Source: Neodothiora populina (lineage: Eukaryota). Taken from it: a stretch of 64,000 nt of DNA. The DNA lies in the NCBI RefSeq assembly GCF_041146345.1, contig NW_027191413.1, positions 248,001 through 312,000 on the forward strand, written 5' to 3'. The notes beneath the pieces are model-generated. The model saw only the letters and a program-made list of their open reading frames with translations. It was not told the origin of the DNA and made no database searches. The translations under genes were made by a program, and so were the position numbers. The stretch's first letter is position 1. Every line of letters starts with the position of its first letter. Shown here piece after piece: positions 52,187 to 64,000 of the stretch.

Positions 52187-53980
52187 TTACATACGCTCTC
52201 TCCTTCTGGGTGCGGCGCGGATGATGTTGTCGACTCTCAAGAGTAGCTAGAAGGGATATTAGTCTCGACGTTCCTAGAAGCATTACTCATATTTTGTAAA
52301 ACTCACCTCTGCTGCCTCACTGGCACTGCTCACGACAGCCTGCTTGAGCTTGAAGGCCTCGACGATGCCCAACTCTCTCATATCCGCGATACCGCCACCA
52401 GGGGTCAGAAGATCGAGACCGCTGTTGGTCATGCCGCTGTAGACGGCGTTCTTGAGTCTGCTGACGAGCTCTGCAGAGTCGAGACCGGCGTTGTCGGCGA
52501 GAATGGTCGGCAGCTGTCTGAGAGCCTTGGCGAAGCTGTCCACGGCGATGGCCTTCTTTCCAGCAACGTTCTGAGAGGCCTGGTCGACGGCCTTGGCCAT
52601 GACCATCTCGGCGCAACCTCCACCGAGGGTGGTCTTGGGATTCTTGACGGTCTGAGAAAGAACGGCAAGGGCGTCGTGTAGAGAGCGCTCTGCCTCGTCG
52701 AGAAGTTGCTCGGTGGCACCACGTAGCACGACGGTGCATGCCTTGCCTGCAGCGACGCCAGAGAAGCGGATCAGAGTGTCCTCGCCGATGATGACCTCCT
52801 CGATCAGGTCACAGTGTCCCAGCTTCACAAGCTCGGGGTGGTCGAAAGTGCTGGTGATCTCGGCGCCGGTCACGAGAGCCAGTCTCTCGACACCGTCAAA
52901 GTCAGCGTGCTCGATGCTGGAAACGCCAGCGTCGCTGAAGAGCTGCTCGGGCCAGTTGTAGATGAGCTGTCTGTTGACGAAGCAGTTGATGCCGTGTGAC
53001 TTTATCCGCTCGACCTTTTGCTTCATCTTCTCCCTCTCCGCCTTCTCCAGCTCGGCCAGCTTGCCAGTGCTCTCCACCTTGACTCTTGCGCCAAAGATCT
53101 TGACCTTGTCCGTGTCCATGGAAGTGTTGGCGACGAGGATCTTTGCGTTCTCGATGCGCTTGGGCTGGTTCACACCGAACTTCTTGTCGAGAATGAAGCC
53201 AGAGTCGAGGTATGAGTCTTGGAGCTTGCCACCGGCCTTCTTGATGACCTGGATGTGAGTGAGATCGGTGGATCCCTGCATTCTCAGCACGGCGTCAACG
53301 GCGAGAGTGGCGAAGTGCTCCTTGTCCTGGGAGAGAACCTTGGAGGAGAGGGTGGTGCTGGCAATGGCGAGGAGGTCCTTGCGGAAAGCCTCAGGGTTCG
53401 ACGAGTTGTCGATGGCTGTCTTCTGGAGAGCATCGAGGGCGGCGCGCGAGGCGATGCGGTAACCTTCGATGATGGTCTGCGGGTGGATCTTCTGGTTGAC
53501 GAGTTGTTCTGCCTCGCGCAGGAGCTCAGCCGCCAGCACGGCGACCGATGTTGTGCCGTCCCCAATCTCGTCGTCCTGTACTTTTGAGATGTTGACCAGC
53601 ACCTTTGCTGCTGCGTTGTCCAGCGCTATTGACTTGAGGATCGTTGCTCCGTCGTTTGTCACCATGATCTGTCCGGTTGATCTGCGCGAGAGTTGGTTGT
53701 AAGCTTGTCTGTCCCACTGTCTATGTCTCTGCCCTTTCTCTCCCGCTTTTTCTCTGTTCCTTACCCAGACTGTAGGATCTTGTCCATTCCCTTGGGGCCA
53801 AGAGTCGTCTTGACCAGGTCTCCTACTGCGATGGCTCCCACGAATGCTGAGAGACGAGCATTCTCGCCCTTTTCCTCGGTGACATCGTCCGCAAAGATTT
53901 GCGTGGGGTTGTTGTACGACTGGGAGTATCATTTCATCAGCACGTAAATTCTCTGCATCTGGTCGTTGCTCACTCACCAT
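52187..53980 (-). CDS. CCT2: T-complex protein 1 subunit beta; 4 exons
   Basis: [63 protein letters not shown], last exon [19 protein letters not shown]. Confidence 0.95.
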
Positions 53981-54135
53981 CTTTGGGTATCTTTATCAGG
54001 GAAGAGGAGAATATAGAGATGGCTCTTGATGCAGTTGCATATTACTTGCAAGCTGGACGAGCCAGAAATTCATAGTCTTGGCGGCGGGCGTCAGTGTCAG
54101 TCTGTTGATTGCGGAGCTCCTGCCAAACCTCCGAG

Positions 54136-54171
54136 TTCTTCTTCTTCTTCTTCTTCTTCTTCTTCTTCTTC
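54136..54171. repeat. (TTC)12 microsatellite upstream of CCT2
   Basis: Perfect trinucleotide run about 155 bp upstream of the CCT2 ATG. Confidence 0.95.
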
Positions 54172-57100
54172 ACATGCTTCGGCGCAGCAGACATACTACC
54201 ACCAAGTCGAACGACTGCTTGCGATACTCTCTTCGTGCGTGTATAGCGAGATCCCATCTCTGCATCAAGATATATTTGTTTATAGCCATCTCAGTGAATT
54301 ATCAAAGTACACATGTGTTGTACATCGCATTCGACAGTGCAAAACATCAACCTTGACAGAGCCGTCTGTTCGACCACAAGTGAACAGTAGATTTATTTGA
54401 TAGACTTGGGTAAAGTGGTCTTCATACAAGACGCCTGTTTCCTTGTCTTCTCTCAAGATATATACTTTTAGGTAGACCCACCGAAGTCGTCTTTTCATCG
54501 CAGGTCGAACATTCATCACAAAACCCTCATTGTCTTCTTATTGTCATCCGAAGCATGATACCAACCACCCGAAGTCCGAGTATGAGAGGATTACAGTAAG
54601 CACAATCCAAAGTTTGGTGTGAGTGAGCCTGCTGTCCATTACTCGTCGATATGCATTTCCCGGGCGTTTCAATCTTACATCGCCTACGGCGACCTGCAGC
54701 AATCTCGAGATAGCTCTTGGAGCAGGGGGACTTGGTGCCAAGTTGACATTGCAGAAATGTAAGAAAGTCAGGAAGAAACCAAGACCTACTCGAGACAATC
54801 GAGCTGTTTGCGTTGATCGCAATGTGTACTCATGTAGCGTTCGCGGCGATGGTACACGCGTTGTGAGCGAACGCTGTCGTCTAACAATATCTTTCTAAAA
54901 GCGTGTTTTTCTCCGATCTGACATTCTATTAAAAGGCGATCGACGAGGTGTAAGAAGAGTACAGGTCCAAGACAAGACGCGAAACGAGTGGTATCGAACT
55001 TAGCTTCAGACTCATATAAAACTCAAGTGAGATTGTCCTACAGCACGATCGTCACATCTCACTCACCAACCATCTTGGCTTCATCTCTCATACAACGTTT
55101 TGCATATGTGTGTAAATCGATGCCTGTTTCCATGACTTTTCTGCGAGCTGAGATATTGCTCTACTCGACAACCTTCTAAGAGGCGTTACACCATCTACCT
55201 GCACGACAGGACGATCTGTCTGGGCATGACGCGCCCCATATCACGGCATCATTGGTCGAGTCGTCAAATCACCGCTAGATACCGGTGTAGTTTCTATTGC
55301 AGCACTGCACGATGATGATGATGTTGATCATGATCAATTTCGGCATTGCAAGCAAGTGAAAGCGAGTCTTCACATGCAAGATGACAGAAAAGAGTCCTCT
55401 GCTTCGTTGGTCGGCGTCATGTGACTTGAAAACGCACGATTCAGCGCAATACAGCTGTGTCACAAAACCACAGCGGAAAGTCAGCAGTCGATGGACTCGT
55501 TGCCTACTAGATAGATATCCCCAATAGAGACTGCACACATCAGCTTGTCCCGGTGGCTCTCGGATGCGTGCGGATTCACAACGTCGAATCATGGCGACTT
55601 TGTATCTGAGGATTCTCCATGTGTTACAGCACTTTAGCTCTTCCGGACATCCGTGGTGGTTTCGAACTGCCATAATGGGGTCCATCCGGACCCTTTAATG
55701 ATATGAATTGCGTGTGTAGCGCTCCATGATACCGTTTGCTATATTGCATCTTCGGAAGGATGATCAATGGGCGGGGGTTCGTGGTAGAGGACAGACAGCA
55801 TGCAACGCTTTTCACTTATAGCCTGCTAATGCACTGAAGCACTCTGACTCTCTGCAGAGTAGAATTGGATGGAGAAGATTTGTAGAGCGCAGTGAACTAA
55901 GATACAAGTGGCATGGTGAACTTCAGACGAGAGGAGTATAGGTCTATACGTTTCAAGTATTTGTTTACTCACCATTTGCGTTTGAAAATGGCAAAGACAA
56001 CAACAAAACATAACAACAGACGCATGGAGTCACTCTGGCATGACTAGCATGCCGTCGTATTATTGCGCTTCCAGAGCGCCAAAAACGCAAAAAGAAATGA
56101 GACCTCAGCAAGGTGGAGTTCCACCAGGAGCCTGCGGAACATTCTGGCTGGCAAGCGACTCGTGTAGTGTCCCGAATCAGATTTCAAATTCGCGAGAGGG
56201 TGGTATTATTGGCAAGTAAAATCGCCCAATTCGAACGGACACGACGACCGTGGCCATTATCTCAACGCCACGGCAGAAGCTTTTATTTTATTTTTCAATA
56301 CCCACATCAAGGCATTGCGAAATGATCCTAAAACTTCCTAACCGGTCGGGAACAAGGTCCAAATATGCGAAGCGAGAAGCAGAAACAGTAACCGCGGTAC
56401 GCAGAAGAAACAAGAAGACCCTTGTCTCATGCCTGCAGGCATAGGTGCGTGTGTGTCGCATGCAGCAGCACCCTCTTGTCAATCAATCGGTACAAAGAGA
56501 AAACCCACAAGCAAAACAAGCCACCATCGCAGATGCAGAGGTAAGCGATCAACCCCAACCATCTCATTGGCTTTTTTTTTCCTCTCGAGACCGAAATCGC
56601 GCTCGCTCGCCCTTGCTTTTGGCTCGTGTTCGGTTGGGTAAACTCTTCCCGACTTTGGTATCTCAATGCTTGCTTTGCCCTCGCTCCCGCAGCACGGCGC
56701 GAAGTGCGATGGAACAGACACAACTGCGTGCGTAGGCCAAGGACGCAAAACCTCGTCTCGGCGGGTTAGTGGACAAGCCCCCGGATGTGGGCTCAAAGAC
56801 GCTTCTGTGCTTTCTTACCTTAGTTATCCTTTTCAATATGGAGGAGGTAACCCGAGGTCCCCCATCGTGTTTGTGGTCAGGGCACAAGACAATGCGCGTT
56901 CGAAAGTGTAACTTTCAATTTATTCCCACAGACAGTAGTAGGCCTGTAGAAGAAAATCAAATTGATAACCTACAGTAGGGTCCGCTTTTCTCCATGGGGC
57001 CGATCTTTGGAGTGGAGTACGGACGGGCTTCGATGGGGTTCGACAGAGGAGAAACTAATTTCCCACGGTGGGGCGGCTGTGGGACCCTGGGAAATTGCAT

Positions 57101-57516
57101 GCCAGCAGCGCACGGTAGAGCTCACCACCGCCTTTGCACAAAGAGGTTCGATGAGGCGAAGGCTTTGGTGTAAGGTATGGTGAGGTGTTCACTTTGTTGA
57201 GACATCATCACAAATGATTTTACGAGAGAAGAACGTGAGAAGTATCGTGCAATAAACAACCAGGAATAAAAGTCGAGATAGGTGAGAAGTCAAGATAGTA
57301 AACATGGAACAAAAGACATTGAAAGCAATTAATATGGTGAATTTCTTCATTAGTCCGATTTATATACAGGTGAAGAGTTCTAAACCCCGCCTCTGTCACC
57401 ATGTAACGACGGAAGGAGTGTCAGTATATGAACACAGTGCTATGTAAAGATTAAGATAATAGAGAAAACTCCTCAGCCATTATGCAAGGAGGGTATAAAA
57501 ACGTTTATCGGAACAT

Positions 57517-60500
57517 CTACTCCTCGTCATCATCGTCGGAAGCCTTTTGGGCAAGAAGCCAGCGAGACTCTCCAGTCTTTTCGTCGTGCTCGTGCTTGAG
57601 GGCGAGCTTGGAAAGGTGACCAAGAATGTTCTCCATTTTGCTGTCGTGAGCGGAGCGCTTCTTGCGGCCAAGGTCGTTGAGATACTCAATCTGGTTGAGG
57701 AGGTAATAGACAATGGCGATCATGATGGTGACACCAATGGAGTAACCCCAGACAACAACGACGGTGACAATGTCGGTCCAGCCATCGCGACGCTCGTTCT
57801 TGAAGAAAGCAGAAGGAGGAGAGGTCTGAGCTGGGTCACCTGACAACCAACCGAAGAGACAGAAGATGGTAGCGAGAGCATCAACACCGAGAATAGCGCC
57901 AATGAGTTGCCAGTTAGGGAAGGTCTTGCCACCACGGGTGACAAAGATGAGCCAGTTCTCAGTAAGGGCAACCTCAAGGAAGAGAATCTCCTGGGTGGAA
58001 CCGAAGTTCTGGACGATACCACCGTCAGAGCGGAACATGACACCACGGATGATCCAGGTACCAGCGGCAAGCATAAGACCGAGGATGACGGAGATGATCC
58101 AGATCTTAGGGAGTTGCCACTCGACAGGACGTTGCTCTGAGTGGGCGTTGTCGTAGGCAATGGCGACGGTGGCCAAATCGGCGAACAAGGCGATGAAGAC
58201 GATGAGGTCGGCACGGATGGTCTCGTTGATGATGATCATAGAGGTGACGAGGTAAACTTCCAAGTGAATGCAGAGAGCGATACGGTACTGGATGTAAGCC
58301 TTCATGCGCTGGAAAATCTGGCGAGCAGTCTTGATAGCGAAGACGATGGTGGAAAGACCGGGAGCAAGGAAGACAATATCGGCGGCAGCCTGGGCAGCCT
58401 CGGAGGAACCCTCGACGGCAATACCACAATCGGCCTTCTTGAGAGAGGGAGCATCGTTGACACCGTCACCAGTCATGGCAGTCAAGTGACCACGCTGTTG
58501 AAGCATCTCGACGACCTGGTACTTGTGCTCGGGGAAGACCTCGGCGAAACCGTCGGCGCGCTCGACTAGGTCGTGCTGCATGGAGCCAGTAAGACCACCG
58601 TGGATGAGCTTAGTAGAGTTGTAAACCTTGGTACCGAGAGCAAGCATCTTGCAGGTCTCCTTGGCAATAGCAATAGCGTCACCAGTCAACATCTTGACGG
58701 GAACACCGAGCTGCTGGGCCTCAATGATGGTCTGGGCAGTGTCGTCACGGGGAGGGTCGAACATAGAAAGCATACCGAGGAGAACCCAGGGCTCGTCGTT
58801 CTTCTTGTAAGCGACACCGAGAGAGCGGAAACCACGGCGAGCGAACTCAGTAGCCTTGTCACGGAAGAGGTCGGCCATCTCCTTGGAGCAGTCGGTAAGG
58901 TTGAGGACGGCCTTGGGAGCACCCTTGGTGCAAGTGTAGGTGTCACCGCGGAGAGTGCAAATGGCAACGATACGCTTTGAGACAGGGTCGAAGGGAGTGA
59001 ACTTGTTGGTCTTCCAGTCATCCTTGAGGATCTCACGAGCCTTGGGATAACGCTTGAGGGTAAGGATGGTAACCTTGTCGATGGGGTCAAGAGACTTGAT
59101 GTTGTGGGAAGAGGCAAGAGCAGCGACGGCCATCATCCAGTTGACGTCCTGGCCCTCAGCGACGTAAGGCTCACGGATGGAAAGCTGGTTAGCAGTGAGA
59201 GTACCGGTCTTGTCAGAGCAGAGAATGTCAACACCAGCGAGGGACTCGATGGCGGTGAGCTTCTGTACGATAGCCTGCTGCTTGGCGAGGTAGGCGGCAC
59301 CGACGGCGAGAGTAGTGGTGGTAACGACGGGAAGACCGACGGGGACACCAATGATGAAGAGAATAAGTGCGTAACGGAGAAGGTTGGTCTCAGAGTGCTC
59401 GGGAGTGGCGATCTTGAGGTTGCGTGCGAAACCACCGATCCAGGCGGCGAGAATCCAGAACATGACAAGGACAAGAAGTGCCGTACCGATGGAGTTCATG
59501 ATAGCCTTGAAATGACCCTGGTCCTTAGCACCCTGGACAAGGGTAGCAGTGCGACCGACGAAAGAGTACTTGGCAGAGGCAGTGACGACAGCGTAGGCCT
59601 TGCCACGCTTGCAACCAGTGGTGTAGTAGACAACATCGCCCATGAACTTGTCGACAGCGAGAGACTCTCCGGTGATGGCAGACTGGTCAGTAGCGACGAT
59701 GGAATGGCCCTGGTGGACAACACCCTCACCCTCGCCCTCACCGTCCTCAGCGTCCTCAGAGCCGGCAGGGTCCTCCTCAGGGTTCAGCTTGTGCTGCTCA
59801 CGGAGCTCCTTGTACTCGGCGAACATCTCAGGAGTGTCATAGTCGCAGATAAGACGGGCATCGGCAGGGACGGAAGAACCTTCCTCAACAATGATCTGGA
59901 GAAGTGGATGTCAGTGAATTGCTAAAGAACTGATGTGGGGTAAACACTCACAATGTCACCAGGGACAAGTTCACGAGCGAGGATAGAGTGTTCTTGGCCT
60001 TGACGGACAACAGTAGAACGCATAGCAATGTCACCCTTGAGGGAAGCGACGACATCGGCAGCCTGCTTCTCCTGGTACCAACCGACAATAGCGTTAAGCA
60101 TAAGAATACCAATAATAACACCGAAATCAATCCAGTCACGCAGACCAGCTGCGAGCAGGACTGCACATTCCATGGCTGTGGCACTAGCGTTAGCACTTTG
60201 CTTTTTGAAACTGGCGAGGATTGACGGCTTCGTTGCGGGGAAGTCGCTTGGCATGCAGGACTCAACGAAGCTTATCGTCAAGCTTGTAGCTAGCAAGCTG
60301 GGGAAAACGAAATGAGGGTGGAGAGGAATTGATAGTGGCAGACAACAACGATTGCAATGGAAGACTTACTGTAAAGAATAGGACCAGTGAAGAAACCGAG
60401 GAACTTGAGGAAAAGGTTCTCCTTCTCAGTAGAAATTTCGTTCCAGCCGAAGCGCTTACGACGAGACTCTACATCGCTGTTGGAGATACCCTGCTTGATG

Positions 60501-60823
60501 TCGGTATCAAGCCATTCCTCGGGGACGGTACCGGGGTCGTTGGCTCCAGCCTTGCTAGAGTTACCGGCGCGCCAGAACTGCCACCATGCCTTGCTCTTGG
60601 TGGCATCGGCGGCGTTCTTGTCGCCCTCGGTGTCGGCGGCGGCGGCCTTGGGGTCACGGTAGGTGGAAATGTACTTTTGGAGAGCAGTATACTCGTCGAG
60701 GTCCTCGATGTTACCAGGGGCGGTGGACCATTTTCGGTTGTTGGCGGCGGCGGCGTTGTTGTTGGGGGCGCCGTTCTCGAGATCCTTGTCGGAGAAGGAC
60801 ACACGGGGGGCCTGCTCGGACAT
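57517..60823 (-). CDS. PMA1: Plasma membrane H+-ATPase (P3A); exons 60823-60370, 60175-~59952, ~59895-57517
   Basis: DQSAITGES, IIGVPVGLP, CSDKTGTLT, KGAP, DPPR, MLTGD, TGDGVNDAPSLKKAD, TENWLIF. Confidence 0.96.
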
Positions 60824-63800
60824 TGTTGCTGATGCTGCTGGGGGTAGGCAGACCAATGTCGGATTAGTGAGAAGGTTGTCGAGAGTAAAGCACCTGCGTG
60901 AGAAAAGAAAGAATGGAACGGGGATGGAGAGCTTCTTTTGAAGGGATTCAGAATGGTACTGTTTTTGCGCCGAAGCTGCCGCAGAGGCCCGTGCGCAGCG
61001 GGCGTTCAATTCGCTGGGCTTGTCCGGCGTACCTCTGCCTCGCAGAAGACAATTTGCTTGGGGCTGACTGCTGTGGTTGGCCGATGGATTGGGTGAGGGA
61101 TTTTTTGGCCAGCTCAAGTGTCGCTGGGAAGCTCGCTCCAACAAGCTCCACCCCGATCCTAGACGATCAAGTAGCGTCCCGCCGCACCGACGTAATGCCA
61201 GCCGCCTTTCCCGGACCCTCGCTAGTCGTGCCACTACCAACGCTTGTGTCCCATCACCCCGTAATTGTAATGCTACAGGCAATCGAGCACCTGATGCGGT
61301 ATGAGCTGGAATTGGTGCGACGATAGCGAACGAGATTGTAATTTGCAAAAGTGTCAGTGGTTCATTATCGCACTCTGGGGTCGCACTAGCAAGTCGACAG
61401 TCGACACGCCATGGCTATCGGTATCAGAGGTCACTCTGAGTACAGTACTGTACCTCCGTACATCGATCTTGGTCGTTTTCTCTCTTTCTTTTTGCTTGTG
61501 CTCTAGCACTTTGCTTTACCGCCCGGTGACGAAATCCAGCCTGTCGTGCTCTGCTCGCCTGCGGTACCTTGAACCCAAGTGTTATCTGCATGCTTCCCCC
61601 AGAAGCAATGCTGACCACCCTTGCTCGGATGACGTCTATCCCACACCAAAGCACCTAGAGAAAAAAAAAGCATTCCCCCCGTCTTGCCTTGTTCCACATT
61701 CCATGATTGACATGTTTTGCTTCCATACATACAATAATAACAGAACAAGTTAATTGCAGCCGTTCGTCAACGGGCATCCAATCGCATGGCAGATGATTCA
61801 CCGTCGGCCGTTGCTCATAACTGCCATTGAAAAACATGTGCATCATTGTCCGGTTGCAATCAATTGATACCGATTTGCGTAATATCTGTCCACCCTTTGC
61901 CCACAAGCCGCGCTACCGCAGAACCCGCCCAGGCCATGATCAGAAGTCTAATTTCCGGGCTACGCGGGTTAGAGGGTTTTCGGGAGCATCCGCAAAACGC
62001 CTTGCAGTTTGGCGAGTAGCATTTGAACTCACCATAGCAACCGCGGCAAAGCCAGCGGGAATGCAGAATGGTGCAAGCAGCCAAGCAGCGAGAGCTTCTC
62101 TCCAGCCTCTGGTGGATCTGGGCCCCCAACATTATTCGGCACTAAAGGCAACTTGAAACAGGTACAGAATGGCTGTAGAAGGCGAGAGAACGCCGTGCTG
62201 TTTCTCTGATCACCAAAGGTCTCACTTCTTCAATGTGCAAGTACGGAGTGTTGTTCTGTGTGTACGAGTATGCGTGTGTCAATTCGTCGTGACTCAAGAA
62301 GCCATGACCTTGTTGCTAGAAACTATTCATTGTCACCGCTCTTCTTCTTCGTTAGTCGTTGTGATACGAATGCAGCCGTATTTCTGAAATTACAATCATC
62401 ATGGTTGGCTTTGGTGGCCCTGGATGACCAGCCGAGGGTCAACCTTTCGTTGGCCTTTCTTGGTTGTCTCATGTAGCGTGCGACATTTTCTGCCCGTACT
62501 AGAAGACTCGGCATGCTCGCCGCCCTGCCACCGCTCTTCCGCCACAGACAGTTCGGCATTCGGCAGGTGGTATGTTTGTCTCGTCTGTCACAGTGGGACG
62601 AGTCATCGAAACTGCCTGCCCGTATAATGCCGATTTAGGCTCAAAGTCGCCCTCCGGTCGGGTTGCCGAACGAGCTCTGAGTGCGTGAATTCTGCCCGCA
62701 TGCCGTCCGCAATATGCTCCCAAACGGGCCGAGCATGCTTGCGATTACATTTGCTGTGCTCGAGTCTGCCGATTTCAAGTTCTGTCCCATACGAATGCCT
62801 GAGTCCGACAGTAACGAATTGCTTCCACTACACCATGGAAAGTGACGACAGAGCTCTAGAGCCGTCAGTTGTATTTGCTATTTTCTCGGTATCGGACGTT
62901 GGCTAAAATCGAATATCTATTCATACACTATCATCTTAATAGAGATTCAAGCCTGCACCATTGATGCATAAAGCCAACCGTCTTAGCGGTCGGGTACGTC
63001 GTGGCTAACGGCTGACTTGCATTTCCCATAGCTAAACACCTAAACAACCTAAAGATCAATAGGAATCAAGCGCTCTATGACCGTTCGACAAGGGAAATTC
63101 CATCATGTCGGCATCAAACCGCAATATCCACATCTACAACGAAAACCGCTATAGGCGCTCAAATCTCGACTCTACACGATCTGGATTGACAGGTGGAGCC
63201 AAACTCCGCGAACTCTTGGTGGGGTACTTGAAATGATCATCTGTCCCACGACCCTGTTGCACGCGAGGCCAGAGGCTTAATGGGCCCCTTGAAACCATCA
63301 GAGTTGTTTGTTTAGACTGTCCCTTGTGATCTTGTGTCCTAGGGAGACCGCAAATTGTCCCTTCATCGTGATGGTCCTCTGACCTTGGTCTGCCAAACAA
63401 TCGATGGTCGTGTTTCCCATTCAGCTATTGTGTAAGGTATCCAAAAGAAAAGTATCCGTCCCTTATCCGCAATTGCCGCCATTTGGCCACTGTCGTGTGC
63501 CCAGCACCTGCAGGAGATACAAGAGGACTCTGGTTCACTACTCACAACTCGTAATCCGCAATTGACATGTACGGAGTATCTATAAAGTTCGGGTAGAGAA
63601 AAGACCGCAGAAAAATCGGCCGGCATCCACTTCCGCATCTCAAGGAGTCAGATAAGGTATAGGCAAGCCATAGACAGCTGCAGATGAATATGGAGTGTCT
63701 CGATGGTTTTGTAGCGGAATCCTCCGGAAAGGTTCCTGGCGAATCGCATGTAGCATTGTGTTTCCAGTTTTCAGCTTCTCGACATCATTGCTCATGTTGT

Positions 63801-64000
63801 CAGATATACTCCAGAGAAGGATTTGTTTCAATCCTACCTCACTTCGCGTCTTCTAGGCATCTTTGCAAGCGAAATATTCCGTAGCGGCAGCTGCGAGTCC
63901 TTTCGACCAAGGGAGCAAGCAGCCGTCCCAACTCATGCACATTTGGCGCCATCAGATACGTCAAGTTGTGTAATTGTAGTTGTATTTGCTATCATTGGCT

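Noticed and set aside
56700..57170. GC-rich stretch as tRNA, RNase P/MRP or telomerase RNA
   Set aside because: No cloverleaf, no complete P4 consensus pair and no TAACCCTAA template found by eye.
57547..60832. Several antisense ORFs over PMA1 (also over CCT2 and SAD1)
   Set aside because: Same codon-bias shadow effect in highly expressed genes.

Overview
Gene-dense eukaryotic DNA from a filamentous ascomycete (short GT-AG introns with CTRAC-type branch sites; protein sequences look Pezizomycotina, probably Dothideomycete-like, which is an inference). About 20 genes can be modelled by hand. Most are conserved housekeeping genes: Thp3/SAC3-GANP, Bem1, Glo3-type ArfGAP, an LrgA-LrgB fusion transporter, a Crh-type GH16, PNS1, mannitol-1-phosphate dehydrogenase, a DUF2415-type WD-like protein, an AcpS-type PPTase, AP-2 beta, ATP19, mitochondrial Hsp70, UBX5, ATG1, SAD1, CCT2 and PMA1. 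An accessory patch at about 15-20.9 kb holds a stop-interrupted F-box-like gene and a PNP_UDP + NB-ARC NLR-like gene with no visible repeat sensor. The best novel signal is in the mannitol-1-P dehydrogenase: its stop is the leaky TGA-CTA context, followed by a 19-codon in-frame extension ending KHSKGKL*, i.e. a candidate cryptic peroxisomal isoform made by readthrough. Other highlights are an orphan Cys/His-motif gene frameshifted by an (AGAC)3 microsatellite and a long structured first intron in AP-2 beta. No rRNA, tRNA, CRISPR or intact transposon was recognised. Exon boundaries were read by eye and may be off by a few bases.
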